DNA from: Carcharhinus amblyrhynchos | Taxonomy: Eukaryota | Reading direction: 5' to 3' | DNA length: 64,000 nt | NCBI GenBank assembly: GCA_965287045.1 | Contig: OZ336877.1 | Location: 81,406,001-81,470,000, forward strand | Part shown: positions 24,901 through 34,652 of the stretch, one piece after another | Numbering within the stretch: the stretch's first letter is position 1 | Layout: every line of letters starts with the position of its first letter | The notes under the pieces: generated by a model | Told to the model about the DNA's origin: nothing | Database searches by the model: none | The model's input: only the letters and a program-made list of their open reading frames with translations | Made by a program: the position numbers and the translations under genes

Positions 24901-25730
24901 GGTCCACATCAAACATCCTTTCTGCCACTGTAATACTGTCCTTGACTAACAATGCCACGCTTTCCTCTCTTCTACCACCTTCTGTGCTCTGACTGAAACA
25001 TCTGAACCCCGGAACCTGCAACAACCATTCCTGTCCCTGCTCTATCCATGTCTCTGAAATGGCCACAACGTTGAAGTCCCAGGCACCAATTTAGGCTGCA
25101 AATTCGTCCACCTTATTGCGTATGCTCCTCTCTTTAAAGTATACGCACTTCGAACCACCCTCCCGCCTGCCAATACACTGCTGTGACCTAGAAACCTTAT
25201 CCATGACCTCCCTATTCTCATCCTCCTGTACATTGGAGCTACAATTCAGGTTCCCATATCCCCTCTGAATCAGTTTAAACTTCCCCCGAATAGCATTGGC
25301 AAACTCCCCCCCCCCCCCCCCCCCCCCCCCCCCAAGATATTAGTACCCCTCTGGTTCAGGTGCAGACCATCCCTCTTGTAGAGGTCCCATCTACCCCAGA
25401 ATGAGTCCCAATTGTCCAAGTATCTGAACCCTTCCCTCCTGCACCATCCCTTTAGCCACGAGTTCAAATGTTCTCTCTCTCTAATTAGGATTTTGGGAAA
25501 TCAGAACCAGTGCATCCACCAGCTCTATGGCTACCCCATTCGGAACTCTAGGATGTAAGCCGTCAACTCCTGAGGGGTTATGAACTTTTAGTCTCTTAAA
25601 TTTGTACAATAATTTTACCCTCATATCAATTATCTCATACTCCTTGCTTTCATTAGCTCCTTGGTCAACTTCTATTTCAGCTATGCAATTTATCCTCTAC
25701 TATAAAGACCAAACAGATATTTTGTACTTA
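21925..25730 (-). mobile_element. Old CR1 LINE hosting the younger insertion 22313-25481
   Basis: Degenerate RT sequence at 21925-22312 resumes at 25482-25730. Confidence 0.65.
22313..25481 (-). mobile_element. CR1/HER1 LINE, ~3.2 kb: end of ORF1 esterase, then APE endonuclease and RT, frameshifted
   Basis: ORFs 25270-25467 (WDLYKRDGLHLN, SGNH block V), 24509-25066 (ISETW, YRPP, GDFN, TLDLV), 23607-24260, 22805-23269 (FADD) and 22394-22783; CATAGAA tail repeats. Confidence 0.95.
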
Positions 25731-26489
25731 CGGCTAGAATTTCATCCTTGATACAGTAGGGAGAGTCGGGAAATTTCCCAGCTTATCTTGGCATGCCTAC
25801 CTCGAGAGAGAGAGAGAGTGCCTGCAAAGGTGGGATCCTGATGGCTGGGGGTGTGGGGGGGGTGGGGGGGGGGGGGGGTGCAGGCTGGAATCAGGCTGTC
25901 AACCCTGAAAGAAGTGTGGAGGCAGCCACAGGCTGCTAGGTATGGATTTGGGGTGTTTAAAATACCCGCCTTGGTGTCATGGAACTATCTCCCAAATAAA
26001 ATTGAAAACATAAAAGCCTTCCACACCTAATCCCTAACATTTCTTCACCCTCTAATATTCCTCATGCCCCCATACTAAAATCTGCCCTTCCACCCATCCC
26101 CTCTGGCCCCACATGCCTCTTATAACCAAGCTATCCACGATCATCGAACTACTTGCACTTTCTAGAATCAATGAACCCATTAGTGTATCGAGGTGTTTGT
26201 AGAGAAAAACTTTCAAAATGTCCTGCAATACATGCTAATAAAATTATTAGTCATCCATCCAGGTGTCTCAAAACCATATACGTTTGAAAACATTTAACTT
26301 GTGAAAACAAATGTGCAATTGATGGCCACTATTGGAGAACCTGAGCTATCAATCAAATAACGTTTCCTCCGGAGAGCAGGTGTTCCAGTATTCTAATTGC
26401 TGACTGGTCTCTCAGTCAAGTGTATATAATGAGGGGGAATGTGCATCTCATTATTTCCTCCCGTTGTCCGGCAGTATAAGTTCATAACT

Positions 26490-26764
26490 CAAAGAAAAAC
26501 TAAGGGGCATAGGTTGAAAGCACGAGGGGGAGGATTTAAAAGAGATGCAAGGGTTAAGTTTTTCACAAAGCAAGGTGACTACTTGAAATGCACTGCCGGA
26601 GGAGGTGGTGGAAGCAGATTGTATAACAGTGTTCAAGAAGCATCGGGATAGATACATGAATAGGCAGGGAATAGAGAGATTTGGACCACGTAGAGGCAAA
26701 AAAAAATTAGATTAGAGAGGCATCTCTGTCAGCTCTTGGGCCTGTTCTGTTCTTTATTCTTTGG
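26490..26764 (+). mobile_element. CR1 LINE 3' fragment
   Basis: TKGHRLKARGGGFKRDARVKFFT motif followed by the tail. Confidence 0.8.
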
Positions 26765-26935
26765 AAACGCACTGCTAAGCAATGCAGGTTTTAAAACTCA
26801 TAATTCAAACTGCATTTTCTGTAACCAATGCTGCTAACTGCATCAAATCATATGACGTAATATAAAGTTACCAGATTTTTTGAACTCTTAGCATGTCAAA
26901 ACACCTTTTTTTTTAGTTTACCTTCATCTTTTGAT

Positions 26936-27745
26936 GTAGACCATAAGATGTAGGAGCAGATGTAGGCAATTCAGTCCAACAAGTTTGCTCAAGCCTTCAT
27001 GAGACCATGCCTGATCTGATATGATAATCCTCAACTCCACTTCCCCATCTTATCCCCATAACTCTTGATTCCCTTACTGACTAAAAATCTGTCTATCTCA
27101 GCCTTCAGCATACTTAACAACCCAAACTCTAGAGCCCTCTGTGGTAAAGAATTCCACAGATTCACTACCTTCTGAAAAAAGAAAGTCCTACTCATCTCTA
27201 TCTTAAATTGGCGACCCTTAACTCTGCTCTTTGATTTTCCCACAAGGGAGCAACCACTCAACATCTACCCTGTCAAGCCCCCTGATAACCCTATATTTCT
27301 CAGTAAGGTCACTTCTCATTCTTCTCAACTCCAGTGAATGCAAGGCCAACCTACTCAACCTCTCCTCATAGTGATCCTTCTCTGGACTGCCTCCAATGCC
27401 AGTTTATTTTTCCTTGGATAAGAAGACCAAAACTGTTCACAGTATTGCAGATGTGGCCTAACTAGTGACCTTCCTATTTTCATACTCCATTCGCTTTTAA
27501 ATAATAAGGACAACATTCAGTTTGCCTTCCCTATTACTTAACTTGCATGCTAGCTTTTTGTGATTTATGCTTGAAGATACCCTCTGTGCTGCAGCTTTCT
27601 GCAGTCTTTCTCAATTTAAATAATGTTCAGCTCCTTTATTCTTCCTACCAAAGCACATAACTTCACATTTTCCTATATTATTTTTCAGCAACAAAGTTTT
27701 AGCCCACTCATTTAATCTGTCTATATCTTTCAGTAGACTCTGTTT
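26936..27745 (-). mobile_element. Old CR1 LINE 3' fragment
   Basis: ORF 27031-27264 has FFFQKVVNLWNSLPQRA..IDRFL..GIKSYG. Confidence 0.85.
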
Positions 27746-28671
27746 ACTTTGATCAATAATTCATTATGTATGCTATCAGATATAAAAATGAACTTTCCTG
27801 TTTATTAATACAGAAAAAACATGTTATTTGTTGGCTCTCTTGATTCAGTATCACTTCATATAGTTTTTTGTTGAAGTATATCAATCACTGTAACTCTGGA
27901 GTTAAAATTGCAGCCTTGCTGTTAACAGTCACAAAATGAACTGAAAGGATTGCTGGATTCTAATCATTCATTATGGCTTACACAACATTTTGTGACCTTC
28001 TGAAACGTCTGACAAAATGTTCGAAATATCACAAAGCTTAAAGTGCTTTTAATTCTGCAACAACTTCTTGGCTTGAAGATAATGGATTTTTTTAAACAAA
28101 TAAACGTCAAAGGGAAAGGAATTTAAAATGGAATATTATCTGCTCGGTGAGAGAGACAATTTTTCAAGAATTAATTTAGGTCATGTATTATTTCACACAT
28201 TAGTGATCTGCCAAGCAACAATATATTTTACTATTTTCTATCAATGTATTCCACTTGTTGACATCTTGGATCATGAACCATTGAAATTTATAATGACCAG
28301 ATCATAATATTTGTCCTTTGGAAATAAAATTATTCATTGCCTGTCATTGCAATGTGTAGCCTTTACTTTCATTCACAGGCTAAGCAATGAGTTGTGTTTG
28401 TTATTATTGGCTAAGAAGTTAACACTGCTGCTTAAAGAATCTTAGTCATTCCTGTGTTTTGTTTCTATGGGTTGTGCATATGGGTAGTGTATTCCCAGAC
28501 CAACAATCAGTTATGTTCAGAGTAAACTACCTCAGCTTACTGGTCAGTTGGGTGATAGGCTCCTTGTCTTTTGAAACACTAATGCTGTCTGGATGGTCAC
28601 CTTTTGCTGTATCTCCCCACGGATTTTCAACTAAGTGAGGCATTACCCTTTCTTCCTGAGCCAGTTTGATC

Positions 28672-29471
28672 AGGGGTGACATGGTGGCACAATGGTCAGC
28701 ACTGCTGCCTCACAGCTCCAAGGACTTAGAACAAAGAACAACCCAGCACGGGAAACAGGCCCTTCGGCCCAATGAGCCCGCGCCGCCACATCACCCTACA
28801 CCTATTCTACCCTGCATGTCTACGAATGGAACCCCTAACTTAGCCAGATTCAGGGGAGAATAGTGTCAATTTGGTAAAACCAATCAGTCTAAGAGCACAT
28901 CTTTGGGGTGTGGGAGGAAACCGGAGCGCCCGGAGGAAACCCACGCAACCACAGGGAGAATGCGCAAACTCCCACAGACACAGGCCATGTATCTGCACAG
29001 CTAGCAGTGCTAGTCACTGAGCTGTTGCGGCGCCCGTCTACCGGTCCAGGATCAAGCACACACACCGACACGAAGTACTAGGCCACTCCCGGAACTTCCA
29101 AGAGCAGCCCACGCATGACCCACCGTGTACATGCCCCTCGTTTGACACGAGGTGGACCTCCTCCTGCGGAATAAAAAGACAAAAACGTTAATCTTACAAG
29201 CCTGCTTGGGTTCAATTCCAGCCTAAGGTGACTGTGTGGAGTTTGTGCATTGTCCCCGTGTGTGCACGGGATTCCTCCTGGTGCTCTGCTTTCCTCCCGC
29301 AGTCTAAAGCTGTATGGGTTAGGTTGATTGGCCATGTTAAATTGCTCCTTAGTGTCAGGGCCTCTATCAGGGTAGATATGTGGGGTACTGGGATAGGACC
29401 TGAGTGGGCTTGTTGTTGGTGTAGGCTTGATGGGCCAAATGGCCTCCTTATGCACTGTAGGGATTCTATGG
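28672..29471 (+). mobile_element. HE1-type V-SINE split by the insertion 28728-29204
   Basis: Head GGTGGCACAATGGTCAGCACTGCTGCCTCACAG at 28672-28727 resumes at 29205 with the B-box, V-domain and GGGATTCTATG tail. Confidence 0.9.
28728..29204 (-). mobile_element. 5'-truncated copy of the extended LINE 3' UTR (structured domain, V-SINE-like segment, CR1 tail)
   Basis: Collinear homology with ~48383-48953; GTTCTTT tail repeats; CTT duplicated at 28725-28727 and 29205-29207. Confidence 0.85.
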
Positions 29472-29669
29472 TAACATTCCTGGCTCTCATTTAAATTTGT
29501 CATAAACCTGCAAGTTAGCTCATTTGCTGGCTTCTTAGCCAGTGTGTTTGGATTGACAGGGGAGCATTCTGCTGACTTCCTGGTCCCTGGAACACCGCTG
29601 CCCTCAAGTGAAAGTGTAGCTCTGGCTACCCTCCCTTGTGGTTTTTCTACTGGGGGAGGCATCTCACTC

Positions 29670-29861
29670 CTTGCTGCTATCAGACTTTTGAATGGACTCA
29701 CCTTGCATTAATCTGATCTTTCTCTACACCCTAGCAATGACTGTAACACTACATTCTGTACTCTTTCCTTCTCTATGTACAGCATGCTTTGTCTGTGTAG
29801 TGTGCAAGAAACAATACTTTTCACCGTATGTTAACGCATGTGACAATAATAAATCAAATCA
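29670..29861 (+). mobile_element. Rex1/Babar-type LINE 3' end
   Basis: Codes AAIRLLN, then a UTR ending TGTGACAATAATAAATCAAATC; homologous to 60797-60995. Confidence 0.7.
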
Positions 29862-31256
29862 GTTTGGGAATACCCTTTGTCCAGATTTAATATCGGAAAT
29901 GTGGTTTCTGCCAGCCATACTCCAACAATTCCTTAACCTTTGTCTTTTCTGGTTCAATAGCCTGCCTTCAACTATATGAAACATTATGCTCACTATCTTT
30001 TTCCTGTTGCAGGACGGCTCTGGTTCCCATTTAAATTGGGATATTCTGAGGGGCTGTTTCTTCTGAACTTTATTGGCTTGGCTTTGACTTTGCTGCACTT
30101 AAGCAGGCCTTGCTCACTGCTTATGGGTGCGATTTCTTGCTTTTGTGCCTCTGGACCTTCCCCAGCTTTTTGTTCTGCAAGTTTCTGCTGGCTGATGTTG
30201 GCCTCTTCCTTTTTGCTGGCTGACACGCTATTGCCAGACAAATCATTTCCAAGAAGGAAATTGATTCGTGCTACAGGTAGTTGAGGGACATTTCTGCCAG
30301 GGCAGGGCCTGAAACAAGGTCACACTCGAGGTGCACTTTATGGAGTGGTGCAAACACATCCCTCTCCCACTTTATTGATCAATATTCTGGTTTTCAGAAG
30401 GACTTCAACTTGGGGTGGTATGGGTGGTGGTGGGGATTAGGTTTCTCTCTGTCAGTAGGGACTGTATGGTCCCTGTGTTCTGCAGCAGAACAACAAACTT
30501 ACACTCAAATCAGGATGAGTATGGGGTCACTGTTTCTGAAAGGACAAAACTCCAGAAGCTCTCTAAGAGTTTGTCTGGCTTACAGACACACAGTGCTATG
30601 TCCTCAAAGGGTTAAGTTTCTATAGCAAAAGTTTCTGCCTGCTATACCATGCAGATGTATGGGATGTCCTTCAGAAGAGTATTCATATGGAACCTGATTA
30701 GATTTACTTACTTTTCTCGCAATCTCCAGCACTCAGGTCTGGAATGACCTATTTTATTATAATGGAAGCACAGTGGACTTCCTTCCATGTTCTCCTTTCA
30801 GGCTACAGGAGGATTTTTGTGTTTTCTGGGTGGAGAGCTTTCCCAACTAGGCTGTCCTACTTATCTTTCAGAAGTTCATGGGAACGGCTTTGAAAGGGTT
30901 TGCCAGAGTTTCCATTCCTGTAAATGAGATTGTAGCTGTCTGCTGTGATGGCCACACCTTGGGCTATGAGGATTCTCTGCTCCTTCATGTGCATCTGTAG
31001 GCAGGAGAGTAAGCAGTTTTTAAATTCCTCTAGCAATATCAACTCCCACAACCCCTCATTAGTACATGGTAAGCACCTCACTCGTCAATCAAATGCGATT
31101 TGCTTTAGCTGTTGGAACTCAAGGTAGATTTATTTATTTTCTTCTAATCATTCTGGAATTGCTGCCAATATGCTTCCAGGACTTACTCATAGGCACTTAG
31201 GATGGCAGCTTTCATCTGCTCATAATCATAGACACATCAGGAGTCAGCATGGCCTA

Positions 31257-31392
31257 AAAGCAAATTACTGTGGATACTGGAATCTGAAACCAAAAGAGAA
31301 AATGCTGGAAAATCTCAGCAGGTCTGCCAGCATCTGTAAGGTGAAAAAAAGAGCTGAAGTTTCAAGTCCAGATGACACTTTAGCAAAGCTGG
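31257..31392 (-). mobile_element. Penelope-like short insertion with 14-bp TSD
   Basis: GTCAGCATGGCCTA at 31243-31256 and 31393-31406; body CAGACCTGCTGAGATTTTCCAGCATTTTCT on the minus strand. Confidence 0.8.
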
Positions 31393-32014
31393 GTCAGCAT
31401 GGCCTAGACCACTTGAGCACACCCTGCCCTTGAATTAAAAAGGTCCAGATTTCTGGCCATTTTAGCTGTCCTGTTACTTTCACAAAAGTGGCAAAAATGA
31501 CTCCACGTCATTCCCTTCAAACATGGGATGAATCTAGCATATTTACCAACCTCAGACTGGTTTTGGTTAGGAAGATAGGGAGTGCTACCAGGTAGAGAGA
31601 GATTTTCCCTCGCAGCTTCCCATCTCTTCTATGGAGCTGCTAGCTCCACTTCCAAATTTTGGAGCTGGAATTCTCTCTCCCTTTCTCCCTATCTCTCTCT
31701 CTCCTCGTCTCACTTTGAATTCTAGTTGTAATCCAATCTTTTCCAGCTCAAATTTAGCTAGGGGAGGGGATTCAGAACCATTGTGGAGCTATTCATCTAC
31801 CTGTTCTACTGGATATGAGATCCAAATACTCCACCAACAACTGGATCAGTTCACTTCACTTTACCAGTATCTCCTAGCTACAGCTTTCAATTGCTCTGTG
31901 TTAACATTTTACTGTTCAAATCTCCTTGCTTGACCCCCTTCTGAGCATCTAAAGTTGCCATGTTCTTGGTGTTGGGAAGTTATTTCTGCTTTAAAATTTG
32001 TTCCAAACACATAG

Positions 32015-32280
32015 GCCCTGATTTTACCGGCATGGCTGCTCGAGGCTCATAAGATCACGCCCAAGGCCAAGGGGGAATGCCGTTCTGTGAGCTTCACCCT
32101 CCCCAGTTTTGGAGTGGCTGTGCTAGTAGAATTAGGGTTTCAGGGTGGGATTTTCTGGCTGTGCTTGCCACAAAACTGGAAAACCCTGCCATAGATCAAC
32201 AGACATAGATCAACATAGATCATGGTCCGTCCCTTGACCCCTTCAGTTCCCATGGCAGGCGGAAAAGGAAGATTCATCCT
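32015..32280. mobile_element. Two adjacent MITEs (32015-32138 and 32142-32280)
   Basis: Imperfect TIRs GCCCTGATTTTACCGGCA / TGCTAGTAGAATTAGGGT and AGGGTGGGATTTTC / GAAGATTCATCCT. Confidence 0.55.
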
Positions 32281-32386
32281 ACTGTTTTTTTCACTTTGCG
32301 TTTTAAATTGGCTCTTTTATGTGAGATGTGGCTTGCATCTCTAGTCAACTTCAAATGGGTTATCCCACATTTGAACACTCAATTTC

Positions 32387-33356
32387 TGTTATGGACAGGA
32401 GGGGGTTAATTTAAACGACATTATTTTCTCCTCTCATTCTCATCTCTATAAATGATGGCGGTTTTTCCTAACCCCTTGGTTTTTGTGTGATATCATTTTC
32501 CATTCATAACCCCATGGAAGACTTGAGATGGGATCAACTCAAAGGGTTAATTTATTTTCACACATTGAATAGGAGAGGATGTTTGCAACATCACTTCCAC
32601 ACTAGAGATAAGAAGGATTTGTAGTACAGAGGTCACAAAGAAAGAAAATATTGGTCCACTTGGGTTCCAGAGTCCAGAACTCGAGTCCAATAAAATATTG
32701 CTTCATGGAGATTGGTTTTCAACCCACCTTTGTAATGGAATTCACTTTTCCAGTGGTGTTTACTTCATATAATGTGAGAGACACACAGAGATGAATCAAT
32801 CTTTTTGGCAATGGTATGGAACTTCGAGACGAAGCAATGTGGATAGGGCCAGGCACCAACCTAGGCAGAGCTTCTTTTCTGTAAGGCAGGTAAATAGGAG
32901 ACTGAGCTTGTTATTCATCAAGGTAATATTACTGTTTCCACAAGCTGGAGCACCATGTCACATGACCCCCAACCTTTCCATGCTGTCTTTGACAAAGGAT
33001 ATGTATGGCTCGTCTGGGTCCCCAGGATTGTTAAATATCTCAACTGTTAAGAATTGAGAGACAGGCTGTGGGGCCCTTTGTCTTAGCAGACAAACAGACT
33101 GCTGTTGGCCAGCCTGGGTTATGGAATGCAGATATCCTTTGTATAGCTCTCTTTGAATTTGGCCTGTGCCCCCACGAAGGGTCATTAGTGGCTCCCCAGA
33201 GATAATCATTTGCTAATTCTGACGTTGCTCCTTTTGTTTGAGGGGAGGTAGGGGGTAGGACAGACAGACAGACATAGATTCAGCCATTTTTAAAGGTCTT
33301 TGTCCATTCTTTAATTTTAGAAATGGTTGTGCCTATATAAATATTTCTGTATAACC
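32387..33356 (-). mobile_element. Putative 5' LTR of the Gypsy element
   Basis: Bounded by TGTTAT...ATAAC; minus-strand AATAAA near 32550; followed on minus by PBS-like AATTGAGTGTTCAAATGTGGGAT and then gag. Confidence 0.55.
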
Positions 33357-33357
33357 C

Positions 33358-33578
33358 AAGTCACTCACCATCATGACTTGGAAATAGATCGCTGTTCCTT
33401 AGCTGTTGCTGGATCACAATCCTGGAACTCCCTCCCTAACAGCACTATGGGTGTATCAACACCATATGGACTGCAGTGGTTTAAGAGGTAGCTCCCCTTC
33501 TCAAGGGCACTTAGGGATAAACAATAAATGCTGGCTTTGCCAGCAACAGCCACTTCCCATGAATGAATTTTTAAAAAT
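33358..33578 (+). mobile_element. 3' UTR of the old CR1-clade LINE (second family)
   Basis: CCTGGAACTCCCTCCCTAACAGCACT...CAATAAATGCTGGCTTTGCCAGC...ATGAATGAAT. Confidence 0.75.
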
Positions 33579-34285
33579 ATTGATAGTGTGAGGTCTTAGT
33601 CAACTCATATACCACTTTACAAAACAAGTGGATGAAAAGCCTATGGGATATTTGTCAGTATAGCTTCTCCTAGTCAAGTACCAGGCAGCTTGAGATTTCT
33701 TGTTCCATCTTTCTTCTCCTTGCCTGACATCAAAAACTGAAAGCATTGACACACACAGAAGAAAGAATAGTGTGAGATGGGTGATAAAACAACAGCCTCA
33801 CTCAAAAGTTTCCAAAGGGCAGCTGTTCAACTCGTGTATGCCTAGAGATTTACAAGACCAAGGTAAATCATTTGACGTTGCTTTGGTGCCTGCTGTTTGT
33901 TAGAGTAGTCAAAAATTGATCATTGTATGTCATGCCCTCCCCATCACTGTTTTCCTTTGCTTCAAGTATTTATTGGCTGCACTCTTAAAGGGCGCAATAG
34001 TCTCTGTCTCAATTTTGTCCCTGTGGCAAAACATTCTATGCTGTAATAATTCTCTGAGGAAATAACTTTGTTTTAAGCATGTTCCTCACAATTTAAATTG
34101 ATGACTGACTTCCCAACCAGAGGAACAATTCTTTTCCTATTCACTTATTAAAACCTTTAAAATTTTGAAAACATCTAATAAATATTCTTCTGGCCATCTC
34201 TGACCTTGTTCAAATAGTCCCATATATCTCATCTCCTTATAACCTCAGGTTTCCATTTCCAAAGCACTTAAAACAACTTGGAGTC

Positions 34286-34391
34286 CTTGTGTATCTCCCA
34301 AATCGCCTCTGAAATGTGTCAGTAAATTTGTACTGCTCTTGTGTATCTCCCAAATCACCTCTGAAGTGTGTCAGTAAATTCATATTACTCT
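34286..34391. repeat. 52-bp tandem duplication
   Basis: CTTGTGTATCTCCCAAATCRCCTCTGAARTGTGTCAGTAAATT starts at 34286 and again at 34338. Confidence 0.9.
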
Positions 34392-34545
34392 CAATGGACA
34401 TTGTTTGGCATCCAATAGAAAACAACTACAGCAATCTGGTTTTAATTTGCAAATGTATGGTACAAAAAACAGGGTAAACAAAATGTGCAGTGACAACACA
34501 AATGTACAAAGCTATGTAAAATATTGAGTAATAAAAGTATTACAG

Positions 34546-34652
34546 AAGTTTAAAGTTTATTAGTCACGAGTAAGGCTTACATTAACACTGCAATTAAGCT
34601 CCTACGAAGTTCCTCTAGTTGCCACTATTCGGATCAGTGCACTTAACCAGCA
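34546..34652 (-). mobile_element. 3' fragment of the V-SINE with Rex1-like tail
   Basis: TTTATTAGTCACGAGTAAGGCTTACATTAACACTGCAA. Confidence 0.7.

Larger units (their letters stand above)
29480..32386 (-). mobile_element. Degraded Gmr1-like Gypsy LTR retrotransposon, internal region (gag and protease)
   Basis: Minus-strand peptides DYEQMKAAILSAYE-VLEAYWQQFQN, LWELILLEEFKNCL..ADSY (SCAN-like capsid), CFHYNKIGHSRPECW (CCHC knuckle), LLQNTGTIQSLL and PLHKVHLECDLVSG..FLLGNDL (protease); many stops. Confidence 0.85.

Noticed and set aside
29078-29701. 207-aa minus-strand ORF
   Set aside because: It runs through several unrelated nested elements, so it is a chance read-through.
29993-30241. 82-aa charged ORF resembling a host exon
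   Set aside because: It is in frame with the Gypsy protease end (FLLGNDLSG) and belongs to the retrotransposon polyprotein.
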